A stretch of DNA of 64,000 bases from Vicugna vicugna (taxonomy: Eukaryota), in NCBI GenBank assembly GCA_013265495.1, contig MU058836.1, forward strand, positions 62,001-126,000, given 5' to 3'. A program made the translations under genes and the position numbers. Below are positions 35,490 to 48,233 of this stretch, in pieces. Below the pieces are notes generated by a model that was not told where the DNA came from, made no database searches, and was given only the letters and a program-made list of their open reading frames with translations. The stretch's first letter is position 1. Every line of letters begins with the position of its first letter.

Positions 35490-37990
35490 AAAAAAAGGAA
35501 TAAAGAGATTAGGATAGTTAGAGAAAGATTAAGGATCATGGGAAACACACACACACAAATTCTAACATCCATTTAAAAAGTGTTCTGGAAGAAATAAATT
35601 AAGAAATAATAGAAGACCCCAGAACTAAAGACTCCACAAATTTAAAATGTTCAGCAAGAACCAAATACCACCACCCATACACATTATATGACATCAAGGA
35701 GGAAAGAAAGTCAGAAAAACATCCCAAAAAAAGAAAGTAAATTCACCTATAAAGGAAAAGAAGTCAGACTGCCATCATAAAAAAAAATTTTTTTTAATTA
35801 GGTATTCTAGTTGAAAATTCCTTCAAGTCTAGAATTCTATGGACAGCTAAAATTTCACTCTAGGGTGAAGGCAAAATGGTATTTTCATTGACATATGGCC
35901 TCAGAAAAACTTACAGCCCACAGTCTTTAAAAAAAAAATCACAGAAGACTGTCTTACAGAAAGAAAAACTTAATCCAGGAGGGAGAGGCGAGATGCTTGA
36001 AGCAATGATGAGTAAAGGAAAGAAGGAAAACTTCCTGTTGAGCCTGATGTGTTGATTGTTTCAATGTAGACTGTAGATTGGTACATGGGTTAACAGAGAG
36101 CAGGAAGAAAAATCACATTAATACGTTTTCAAAATAATCCTTTTCAAAAGAGCAAGATATAGATGGTCATCTAGTAGTTTTAGGAAAATATATTGAGCTC
36201 TTTGTAAAATATCTTTAAAATGTAATGCCTGTCTCCAAAATTAGCTAGAGACATCACCAAAAATCTACGGACCAATATCTCTCATGAATATAGATACAAA
36301 AATACTATGAACGTGTGTGTGTGTGTGTGTGTGTACGTACCAGAACGCTTAATACAGCAGCATTTAAAAGCGATTATACACCTTGACCAAGTGAGATTTA
36401 TTTCAACAATGCAAGACTGGTTTAACATCCCCAAGTCAATCAAGGAATATACTACATTAATAAAGGACACATCCTGTAATAATGTCAGAAATGCATAAAA
36501 AAGCATTCGAAAAAAACCTAACACCCTTTCATGATAAAAACACCCCCATAGAATAGAAAAGAACTTCCTCAGTCTGACAGAGTATCTGTGAAAAACCAGC
36601 AACTAACATTACACTTTATGATAAGAGACAATCCTTTATTACCAAGATCAGGAGTGAGACGAGAATGGCCACTCTTACCATTTCTAGGCAACATTATACT
36701 GGCTATTTATTACATTAAATATTCAGAATAGGCAAGTCTACAGAAAAAGAAGGTCGATGAGTGGCTTCCTAGGGCAGAAAGGGGAGAGACTGATTGCTAG
36801 TGGGAACAAGGTAGTGATAAAAATATTCTAAAATTAGATTATGGGGTGATGGTTGTATAACTTTATAAATATAGTAAAAACCATTGCATTGTATATAGTA
36901 AATGGATAAAATTTAAGGTATGTACATCAATAAAGCTATTAAAAATCTAATGTTAACTACTAGAAGACAAATAGATGAACAAATTCAAACAAATAAACTT
37001 TTTTTTTAAAAAAAAAGAGGAAAGAAAACTTGATAAAAACAAAGGTAGGCAAGAATTACAGAGGGAAAAGCAATGAGAAATGATGTATTGAAAGCATTAA
37101 CCACAAAACAGAAACAAATCCAAACTTAATAAGCACCATGGCTATGAATGGGCTGAATTCACCTCTAAGAGACTGACATTGTATTTGAAAAATCTAGCCA
37201 CTTGCCATTTTCAAGAAACAGACAACAAAATTTCCCCTGAAAGTAAAACAGCAGAAAATACTTGCTTATAAATGGCTAAGAAACATAAAGCAGATATAAT
37301 TACACTAATATCTACAAAACAAAATTCAAGGTAAAAATCACTGAAAGAAACAAGGATGTTCACTTATTGATAAAATCAGCCAATAGAAAACTAACTGTTG
37401 TGTACCTAAAATACAGCTACAAAGCTGTTGAGGCCAAAATTGGCAGGATTATGAGAGGAAACTGAAAGATACAAAATTGGTATTAAAAACTTGAACAAAC
37501 TCCTCCTGAAACTAAATCAACTAGACAGAAAAACTAAGGATATGATGAATTTCAGTAGTAATACATCATTAGGCTCGATATAATATAATATTTAGAGAAC
37601 TTTGTACCTTGTAAAGATACATTCTACGTCATTTTGAGACACGTGGGCGGGGTGGTCATAAAATTCATCCACCAAAAAAGCCATAAATGAAACGCCAACG
37701 GATTCCAAAAAGTTAACTTTATAAGCAAAATTCACTAACAATTAGGCAATAAAATTAAATGTTGACAACTAAGATAGATGTCTAAAAATAAACAAAACTA
37801 AAAAAGATATCCAAATATAAACATGCACACACTCGTATTTCTATGTAATTTTTGTTTAAAGAGAAGTCAAATGGAAACTTTTAAGTAAAGAAGCGTGTAA
37901 AGACTAAAACAAATGCGAAGAAAAAGATTTCAAAACTGTGTAATGAACAAATTTAAAAGATAAAAGCAGAAATTAAGAAGACAGAAAACT
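35490..37990 (+). mobile_element. Ancient L1M ORF1/ORF2 relic with nested L1MB-type pieces (~36250-36950)
   Basis: A-rich; QQHLKAIIHLDQVRFISTMQDWFNI peptide; L1MB 3'UTR ttctaaaattagattatggggtgatggttg. Confidence 0.7.
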
Positions 37991-38238
37991 CATTTAATGC
38001 CACCAGTAGTTTGCTCTGGCTGGTTTTTCCCAAGTGGAGCCTGGGACTCAGTTGAATCTGGGTACCTTTGTGGTTTCATGTTGGGAAAAACAGCATCTTT
38101 TACATGAACGCTACCCTTGACCAGCTGAACCGGAGGCTTCAGACTTCTAAAGACATTTCAAACAGGTCAGACTTTCACCATAATCCCTAAAGTAGAAAGT
38201 AGAGTCTCTCATTTTTGGCAATTCCATAGATTGTCTTC

Positions 38239-38255
38239 TGACCTTGAGTTGACCT
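38239..38255 (-). promoter_or_regulatory. Perfect DR5 nuclear-receptor element (AGGTCA-actca-AGGTCA) containing TCAAGGTCA
   Basis: Plus strand reads tgacct tgagt tgacct; motif seen directly, function untested. Confidence 0.45.
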
Positions 38256-40774
38256 TCTCCTCAAAATAGACATCAGAATCTCATTCTGAATGTACTATCT
38301 GGCTTTTCTTTCGCTTAAATTGCCTTTGGGGGATGAGATATTTCATGACCTTCTCCACTGCTCGTGGTAGATGAAAATGATTGGAACGTGTTAGAAATGG
38401 GATATGTGCAAAGAAGTGCGCCCTCCCTTCTGCAAAGCATACTGGGAGATTAAATGGGTTTTCTGAATAAAGAGTTATGTGCATTGGATTAGAATATGTA
38501 GACTGTTTAATTACATTTTGCTCATGTTAATCATAAAAAGGAGGACAAGCAATTCTTCCTGACCAGTTGAAGTCACTGGTCGTGCATGAAACTGTATGAT
38601 AAATATAAATTGAGTGCCCACCACATGTCTAGCATTAAGCTAGGTGTCTAAGACATACACAGCCTCTAATCTTCTGGAGCTCCCAGTCCTGCTTTCTGCA
38701 GCATGCCTACCATGGACATGTATTATTTCATTGTGGATTGGAGAGCTTAGAGATTCCACTAGGATTAAAGTGTGCCCTGCTGAAGTCCAAATGCAATGAA
38801 GGGGCACAGCACATGATGGAAGCAGAAGCTGGCAAGGCTGGCAATGAACTCCCAGAAAAGCCTCCTTTTCACAAATTCACCATGCTCTATGTTCTTGGAG
38901 GTCTAGAGGGTGATCTTATTAGGATACCTAGAGAGGAGAAATTTTAGTGGCATGCTGATGCTAATTTCACACAAGATTGATTTTGAAATGCCAATTTGCC
39001 ACTTTCCTGTGACCAGAGTCCTCCTGCTCTCCACCATACTCCCAGCACTAAGTAAGGTACCTGGAAAGTTGAATTAGTCCATAGAAGACTGCTTGAGTGC
39101 ATAGAAACAATAAAGGAAGAAGGCTCATTTTGACCTTTTCGTCTGTGGGGAAATCGCCACTCGACAGTGAATGCTTTGAGGCAGAATAGTTTAGTTTGTA
39201 TCTGATATGAATTGCATTTTTCCTGTACTATCAGTTTGCAAATATGTCTTATTTTCACTCCTACTTCTACACTTTCTATTACTAGTATTACGGTAACTAC
39301 TATAGCTAGCAGATATAGGAGTTACTGCTATTCAGGTACTTTACCAGTAATTTTCCATGTATGAACTCACAGAATAATCCTCAGAACCTCCCAGTTTGAT
39401 GATCTCCTTCAGTTTCCAGCTGAGGAAAACAAGGCATGAAAAGTTCATGTAAATTGCTCCAAGTCACTCGCAGCTGTTAAATGGCAGAATCAGAGTTCAA
39501 ATCCAGATTTCCTGGCTCCAGATTTTGATGCCTCTGTCTTGATCATCATTCTCTTCTCACAGTCATCTCTCAGGACAAATTCAATCAATAATAATTTATA
39601 TGAGCTGTTAGACTTACTAGATAAGAACCAACTAGAAGCGGCTGATTAAAAAAAAACTTTCTTTGAGCAGCTATTCTTTCCTTTTTCATTCCTAGAACCC
39701 CGAATGGGGGGAAGGGAAAAGTAAGAACACCCTTGAACCAAAATTAAAATAGAAACTGAACCACTTTAAGGTCAATGAATGTCTAATACAAAAGGTGATT
39801 CAGGGTACATATAGGTCTACTCCAAAGGGGAAAATTCGGGGCTCAAAAAACATCTGAAGAATTTTCCAGAAGCCTGGCCACTTGTAAATAAGGGAAGTCA
39901 GGAAACTAAGCACCTACTAGTGCCGGGAGAAGATATGGCCGGTACAAAGCCCCTGAAGAACTCCTGGCAGCAGGGGTTGGGGTAGGGGTAGACAGAAGAA
40001 CAACGGGCAAACTAATGAATACATGATATATTACAGTAGAGGACTTGGTACACAACTGAGTCTCAGTAGATGCTTGTTAAATGAATGCCACAAAGTCATC
40101 AAGCCCCTGGGCACCCTTATGTTCAGTGACATTTTTCTAGGTGATCGTTTAAAAACTCAAAGGGTTTCTGCTTTAGACAGCTGTATGTGTATGTTTGCTA
40201 ATTCAGGAAGCGAGGAAGTGTTGAAGACATGAAGACAAGTAAGTTGGTGCCAGTGTGCAGATGAGATTAAGTCTCAGAAAATGTGTGTGATGTGTCTAAG
40301 GGAACGTGGTGGCCACCTGAACGAGAATTCAGATCTTTCAACCTCCAGTTCCACGTACTTTATGCCACATTTTGAGATCTTCAAATGAAATCTATACAAT
40401 TAACACAGGATGATTTTATCATCTAGAGCACCGTGTGGTGTTCCAGATAACAGATCTGCTTCTGGCAGAAAATAGACACTCTGGTCAGTGGGGAGATAAT
40501 CCTTGGTGAGAAAGACTCATGAATTGAGAACAAAACTGCACAGTTATTGGTCAAGGCAGTTATTCGTTACTCTGAACAAATCAAACTCAAATAGCGACAG
40601 ATGGATTCCCATGTGCCCAGCCCCACACTGAAATTAAATGACTTTGTTCAGCAAGATAAACACTTAGGAAACTTAGCAATGCAAAGCTGGGTGACTTGTA
40701 AATCACAGCACTGCCAGAGAAGAGGTTGAGTGAATTACAGAAATGCCCTAATGTGGGTGTGGATTCCAGAACCA

Positions 40775-41650
40775 GTCATTCACTCAACAGTCATACTCGC
40801 AGACCTTCCTCTGAGCCCTGCTTGGTGCTAGACTGCCCTTGGGAGTTCCTGTCCTGTCTTCCCCAACCCAGTGAGCACCACCGAGTGGAGAAGAGGTGAG
40901 ATGCTTCAACAGAAGAATGCACCAAATCCACGGACTGGCTGACAGACTGCAGGCAGGAGGTCATGGAGGACACGGAGGAAGGTGTGCCTGCCATACCTCT
41001 GGGGTGGGCAGGGAGAGGGTAAGAAGTTGGTCAGGAAAAGAGATTTTTAAGATGAGTCTGCAAAAATGAAAAGCCATTTTCCTGTCAGGCAATGAGAGTG
41101 GAAAGGGAGAATTATTCTAGGAGATGAACAACGTAGAGGTCAAAATTGGCTTGGCACATTTGGGTAGCTGAGAGGAGTCTGATGTGGCAAAGGGCATGAT
41201 GGGAGTTAAGAAGGATCTGATGAAGAGGTAGGCTAAGTCCTCATCATGTCAGATGAAGACATTTTTATTTATCTTTGTGACCAAAGTGTCTTATAGTTGA
41301 GTCCAAGGATGAGCTTTAAGGCATCCACAGACCTCTGGAAATTGCACGTCTCAGTTTGTGTGTCTATGTGTATGTAAATGTTAGTGGGGTAGTTACACTT
41401 ACAATTCTTTAATGCATCCTTGACCCTCCCAAAACACAGACAACATTAAAAGCCAGCAGACCCGGAGATGATAAATTAGTGAAGGATTTTAAGGTGGTGG
41501 TGGCAGGATCAGAAACACATTCGAGGCCGGCCTTTCTGGTACCAGTGTGAACAAAGCACATGGAGTGAGGCTGGGGGCAGGAGGCAGGCGGAGAGTGCTG
41601 TCATAGTCCAGGTAAGAGAGAGTAAAGCCTCAACTATGACAGTGCCAGTG
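40775..41650 (-). mobile_element. L2 with a nested Charlie-type MITE (~41280-41450)
   Basis: cattcactcaac reverse tail; catagtccaggtaagagag; insert ggcatccacagacctctggaaattg. Confidence 0.65.
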
Positions 41651-41723
41651 GCCTGGAGGACAGGTCCCTTAAAGAAGCGACTTCTAAAATAGCTGATTTA
41701 GTATCACTCCCAGACTTGAAAAT

Positions 41724-42580
41724 GGTACATGGGTTTTCTATGGTAGCTGTAACAATTAACCACAAACTTAGTGCTTTAAAAATCACACAAATTTATTCAG
41801 AGGTCTAATACGGGTGTCAATAGGCTAAGATAAAGATGTTGGCAGTTAATTACAAGGGAACCCCCGTAAGGCTCTCAGCTGATTTCTATACACAAAAACT
41901 GCTGCCCAGAAGGGAGTGGCAAGATAGATTCAAAGTTCTGAGCGAGAAAAAGCTGCAACCTAGGATTCTCTATCCAGTGAAACTATCCTTTAGAATAGAG
42001 GGAGAGAGAATTCCACGGACAAGGGAAAACTAAAAGAATTCAGCAATACTAAAACTATGCTAAAAGAAATATTGAAATTTTCTACTCTAATTATAGAAAA
42101 GAGGCAGGAAGCTATAGAAAGGAGAAAACTGTAACTGGAAATGCGGTAACTACAATGAGTTGCAATAGAATAAATATGAAGATGTAAAAGAGGACATCAA
42201 AATCATAGAAGGTGGCAGAAGGGAGCAAGAAAATACAGATTTTTTTCTTTCTTTCATTCTTCTTAGGATGTGTTGGAGCTCATATGACGACCAGTTTAAA
42301 GCAAACAGATAGAGTAATGAGTTAGTGTACATGAAAAACAGGGTGACCACAAATCAAAAGCATATAAGAGTCACAAAAACCAAAAAGAAACCAAGATAAT
42401 ACAAAAGATGGTGGCAGGACTGCATTCCTTCCAGAGGCTCTAGAGGAGAATCATTTGTCTTGTCCAGCTTCTTGGTCTGTGGCCCCCTTCCTCATTCTTC
42501 AAAGCCAGCAATACTGCATCTCTGACCATTCTTCCGTTGTCACAGCTCCCTCAGACCACAGCCAGGAAGGGTTTCTCTGA
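41724..42580 (-). mobile_element. MLT1D-like LTR split by an L1 fragment
   Basis: ctgtaacaattaaccacaaacttagtg ... gcattccttccagaggctctagaggagaatc ... gaccacagccaggaagg. Confidence 0.8.
41846..42403 (+). mobile_element. L1 internal fragment (ORF1 C-terminus plus inter-ORF region) with 14-bp TSD
   Basis: YKGTPVRLSADF...LQPRILYPVKLSFRIEGE peptide; TSD aaagatgttggcag (41832) / aaagatggtggcag (42404). Confidence 0.9.
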
Positions 42581-42581
42581 G

Positions 42582-43250
42582 TTTGTGTGTTTGTCTGTAT
42601 TTTTGTTTTTGTTTTTTAGTTGAAGTATAATTGATTTATAATACTATGCTAGTTTCAGGTATACAGCAAAGTGATTCAGTTATATACTTTTCAGATTATT
42701 TTCCATTATTGGTTATTATAAGATATTGAATATAGTTCCCTGTGCTATACAGTAAACCCTTCTAGTTCATCTATTTTATGTACAGTAGTTTGTATCTGTT
42801 AATCCCTTACTCCTAATTCATTCCTTCCCTCCTCCCTTTCCCCTTTGGCAACCGTAAGTTTGTTTTCTATGTCTGTGAGTCTGTTTCTGTTTTATATACA
42901 GATTTATTTGTAGTTTTTAGACTTCACATATAAGTTATATGATATTTGTCTTTCTCTGACTTACTTCACTTAGTGTGATAATCTCTAGGTCCATCTATGT
43001 TGCTACAAATGGCATTATTTCCTTCTTTTTTATGGATGAGTAACATTCCATTGTATACATACACCACATCTTAAGCCAGTCATCTGTTGATGGCGCTTGG
43101 GTTGTTTCCAAGTCTTGATTATTGTAAATAGTGCTGCTGTGAACACTGGGGTGCATGAATCTTTTCAATTTGGAGTTTCTGTCTTCTCCAGATACATGCC
43201 CAGGAGTGGGAGTGGGATTGATGGATTATATGGTAACTCTTACGTTTTGT
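42582..43250 (-). mobile_element. L1 3' end
   Basis: T-rich tail, then reverse 3'UTR tgctatacagtaaacc, gtctgtgagtctgtttctg, gacttacttcacttag. Confidence 0.9.
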
Positions 43251-45329
43251 TCGTTAAAGGGAATTCGTAATGCATCCAGGATGAGGCTATTAGGTACATG
43301 TCATGGCGCAAGGGGAGTTCCAGAGGTGGAGTTTGGAGCCTAGGGTGCTGTCCCCCTTCCATTGTCACATCAAGTGATCTGAAATATGTCATTTCCCCTT
43401 ATTTGAGACTCATCACCCCTCTCTGTGAAATGAGATGGTTGGGTGAGACATGGAGGTCCTTTTAACATCCCACAAATGTAGAACCTGGAGATGATTTCTG
43501 CATTGATTGGCAAGTAAAGTGGAATGGATGTATGGCAATTCTAGTAGAAGACCATTTCTTCATCTTTTTTTTTTAAGTTTTTAATTGAAATATAATTTGT
43601 TTACAACAATTGTCTTAGCTTCTGGTGTACAGCATAGTTAAAAAGCCCCTTCCTTCTTTGATTCCCAGTCCTTGATGCAGCCTTGGAGCTTGGCATTCAA
43701 TAGTTCCACTGCACTGCACTGCACTCTAGCAGCCAGAAATACCAGAGTTCCGTGTAGAAGAGGGTCTGCTCAGTTTCTGAGGAAGCACTGCCACCACAGA
43801 CTGACAGAATCTACACGCTGTGCACACCGGCTCACCCAAGAGCTTCTGGATAGGCTAAGGGCTTTCTGGAGCCTCTACACTGCTAGAGCAGATGCACGCA
43901 TGTCTCTGTGTCTATGCATGGGTGGCAAACAAACACAATTTCAAAAATCTAAAAACAGCTGTTGTGGCTTCTCAAACGGTAGCTCATCAACCTCAAGAAC
44001 TAGCCAAAAAGGAAGAAGAAACAGGAAGTGACTGGAATAAACCCTTTGGGCTCACGGTGGCCTTGAACTAGCAGGCTGGACAATCAAGAAGCTAACAAAT
44101 TCGAGACGAGCAAAAGGGGGAAAGGGATGACAGAGCCCACCAAAAACCTATAGCTCCAAGATGAATGAGCCCCAAACAAGATAAAACCAGACCGACACAT
44201 CACAAAATTCAGTGTCAAACTTTGAAAACTAAAGAAAAACACATTTCAAGCAACAGAGAAAAAGAACACCTTACCTTTAAGTAAAAAAAAAATTTTTGCA
44301 CGAGGGCAGATTTATGATCAGAAGTCTTGGTGGCCAGAAAAAACTGTACATTTTCCAAGCACACAGAGATGGGGACTTTTAATCTCGGATCCTATATCCA
44401 AAGAAAATATCTTCCAGGAATGTAAGAGAAATCAAGTCATTCTCAGATAAAGGAAAACTAAGGGAATTCAAACATTATTACATCTTTTAATAAGAAGAAA
44501 CTGAAGTTCAGAAAGTTATTTTCTACTAAGGATACACAGCTAGAAATCAGTGAAGGAGAAATTTGAACACAAATTTGTTTGATACCAGAATTCACATTCT
44601 TTTCAAGATACTTTTCTTTTTATAAATTCCATACATGAAAATAGTCTTTGTTAAATTTGAACGTTAACTTCTCATTTTGTTTAACATTGACCATATATGA
44701 GATTCAGTCATTCTTTTCTTCATTTAGCATTGATTAAGGACTGTCTCTGTGCCTTTCATTTGCTAGACATGAATCAGACAAAGCATAGAGCAATGATGTA
44801 TATGGTACACATCCCATCACTTTCCCAGTATACACTAGTGGCAGACATCACTAATCAATCCAGCACTCATCCTTCTCAACCCAGATCCCTAAGCAGAAAA
44901 TTACAATCAGTTAAAGTTATTGCATCAGCTGATAACTGTTTCACATTCCTGACATAATCCTGCCTTCTAGGAGACTATAGTCCAGGGAAACAGACAAACA
45001 ATTTTCCCACCTTCCAGTTTCCAAGATTCTCTATAATAAAGCAGAAGCAAAATGTATGAAGGTAAATGTTAAATAGTAGAGAAACAATAAAAATTCATTG
45101 CATAGTCAATCTTTATCAATACTATGTTAAGTACTTTATATTCATTACTTTAATTGTCACAACTACCCTATGATGTACACTATTTTTAATAGCTAAGGAC
45201 ACTGAGAAGTTCAGGGAAGTGCCATGAAGACAGTCCATGGTAGAAAAGCAATTTGGATCAAGGTCTGCTTGAATTTAAAATCTATGCTTTTTCTTTTATA
45301 TGATGCTTCTCTTTGAAAGCACCAAATTC

Positions 45330-46950
45330 ATAAACTAGTTATAATTAAACTAGTCCTGTACCATTAAGAATGTGTCTAATTATAAAGCTAAAAATCTCAA
45401 GAACATCTCCTGAAATACTTTCAGTGAAAAAGAGTGTTTAGAATCAAGATAATTATTCAAAATCAAAAGTTTTTTTTTCTGACAGCCAGTGAAAAGTTAT
45501 AGTGGATAAAAAGATGACATGTGTAAGAATAGCAATAAATATAATATGCTTAGAAGTTATCTTAATGGGAAATTCGTAAGGTCTCTATAAGGAAAATGAC
45601 AAAAGTATTACCAAGAGGCAATACCTATATCAATACCTATCTGTCATCTATCTATGCATCCAGGGGAGGAAGGCATATGTTTCCAAATACTGTTAAGATT
45701 TTAATTCTTCCATATAAAGTTATAAGCTTAATACCATTGTCAAAATCCCAAAGATGAGGGGTGTGTGTGTGTGTGTTATGTATCAAGACCTACAAGAAAA
45801 TTCTAAAATTAGGAAAATATTTAACAGACAGAAACTTATAAAGAGGTAATTTGATCATTAGACAATCAGAAAAACTGTAAAGGAAGAGAAGTGATACCAA
45901 AAAAACTTAATTTTTTTCTGTGTAGAAATCCCCAAATTCAAATTCACAAAGTAGAAAAATAATTCTCATCTATTTAACCACTATTGAGGAAGTTCTATCC
46001 TCAATCTACATACTGGATTACAAATAGAAATAAGTCTTCTACACGTCAAAGTGATAAAATTATACCAGCAGCTTTTGATAAGTTATATATGTAAATTCCA
46101 ACACCTATACCAGAAAACTTTACAGAATGATATATTCAAAATTATATGGATAAATCAAGATGGAATCATAAAAAAATGTTTAAGTAACCCATAGGAACAT
46201 AAGAAAAGAGAAACAAGGGAAACAGAAAGAAGAAACAAACAGGAAACAGTAAAATGGCATACTTAAGCCTTAATATACCAATAGTTACCTTAAATATAAA
46301 TGGTCTAAATACACAAATTAAAATGCAGAGATTGCTGGAATAAATTAAAAACAAAAACCAAACCAAAAAAAAATGATATAACCATGTGGTTTCTAAAAGA
46401 AACTCACATCAAATACAATGACATAAGTAGACTGAAGATAAAACAATAGAGTTGTATCACGTAAATATTCATTTTAAAAAACACATGAATTACCATATAA
46501 ACATCAGGTAGAGTATACTTCAGAACAACTACCATGAACAATTCTACATTCATACATTTGACATGTTATATGGGAAAGACCAATTCCTCAATATACATCA
46601 ACCACCACAATTCACTCAATATGGAATTATCTGAATAGCTCTGTAACTATCAAAAAATTGAATTCAGAACTTAGAAACCTTCCCCCCAAAATCTCTAAAT
46701 CCAGTGGATTTCACGGGGGAGGGGGTTCTACCAAAGTTTTAAAGAATTACTATGAGTTCTGCACAATCTCTTCCAGAAAATAGAAGGAATACTTCCCAAT
46801 CCACATTATGAAGCTAGTGTTACCCTGATACCAAAACCAGACAGTGATGATCCCAAAAAAGACAACTACAGACCAACCCATATCCCTCATGAATACAGAC
46901 GTAAAAATCTTTAACAAAATATTAGTAAATAGGATTCAGCAATATAAATT
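45330..46950 (+). mobile_element. Ancient L1M ORF2 fragments
   Basis: ccttaaatataaatggtctaaatac; ccctgataccaaaaccagac; aatcttaacaaaatattag-like motifs. Confidence 0.75.
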
Positions 46951-47284
46951 TTTCCCAGGTACCTCACTGCTCTTTTATATTATTTTCTTATATTTGATTG
47001 CTTCTGGTGGATCAGAATGAGATTTTTTTATACTGATCTTTGATCCAGATACATCTGCCAAGTCTTTCACTAGTTCTAAAAATGTGTCTCTAGATTCCCT
47101 GTATTTTCAAGAGATGAGAGTATCATTTTCAAGTAGTGACAGCTTTGTGTGTTCCTTCCCACTTCTCTCTTTTCCTCTCTCTTATTTTATGTCACTCATG
47201 GTTCAGCTTAACTCTGACATGGCCATCTTCAATCCATGCATCTACAAGGAAAGGGAGATTTGTGTTGTACAGCCTGTCATGAAG

Positions 47285-47330
47285 AGTGTTAGGGGTCGTT
47301 ACAGAACAGTGTTAGGGGTCACTACAGGAC
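47285..47330. repeat. 23-bp tandem duplication (2 copies, 20/23 identical)
   Basis: agtgttaggggtcgttacagaac / agtgttaggggtcactacaggac. Confidence 0.85.
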
Positions 47331-47398
47331 AGAGAAAAGCACCTAGACTGATTCAGGGACCTGGGTTGGAATTCCATTCCTGCCACTCACCAGCCGGG

Positions 47399-47762
47399 TA
47401 TATTAGTTTGCTGCCTTAACAAGATACCACAGACTAGCTGATAAACAAGAGAAATTTGTTTTCACACAGTACTGGAGGCTAGAGCCCAAAGTCAAGGTGT
47501 CAACGGGTCTGGTCTCCCCTGAAGCCTCTCCCCCTGGCTTGCAGATGGCCACTTTCTCTGTGTCCTCACATGGTCTCTCCCCTATAAAGACGCCAGTCAG
47601 ATTGGATTGGAGCCCACCCTCAAGACCATAGTTTAACTTAATTACCTCTTAAAAGACCTCATCTCCAAATAGAACCACATTCTGGGCTGTATTTGGAGAT
47701 AAGGTCTTACTGTTGGTTCCTGAACACACGAGCTGTGGGAGGACACGATTCAGCCCATAACA
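47399..47762 (-). mobile_element. MLT1B/A-like solo LTR inserted in a MIR
   Basis: Ends ggacacgattcagcccataaca; near-TSD ccggg / ccagg. Confidence 0.85.
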
Positions 47763-48199
47763 CCAGGAGATCATTAACACTCTGCCTAGCTCTCTGGGTC
47801 CCTCTGTGCTCCCATGGAAATTCAGTGGGGAGATTATACGACCTCTACACCTCCTTCAAAGTTCCAGCGTTCCAAGGTTTCGTTATTTTCAGCTGGCTTA
47901 TAATACCCTCTCCTTCACAAACCTCTTCATTTTCCCCCAGATTGACATGCATAATACCGAGCAGTGTAGGTAAGTGAACAGCTACATTTTCCTGGTTCAA
48001 AGGTAGAAGTCAGTTCATAGACACGAAGCTACTTTTCTGGAAGTTCTGGGACTAGAAGTTGTTAATTTGACTGAAACTCCTCCCTGAGGAAAAATGAGTA
48101 ATAGACATTGCAGAGAAAGGAAAACTGAAGGCATAAGGGGAATTCATTAGAGAGGGGCTGAAAGGCAGAAGGGGAGACATGTAGAAGCACCTTGAAGGC

Positions 48200-48233
<34 letters not shown>

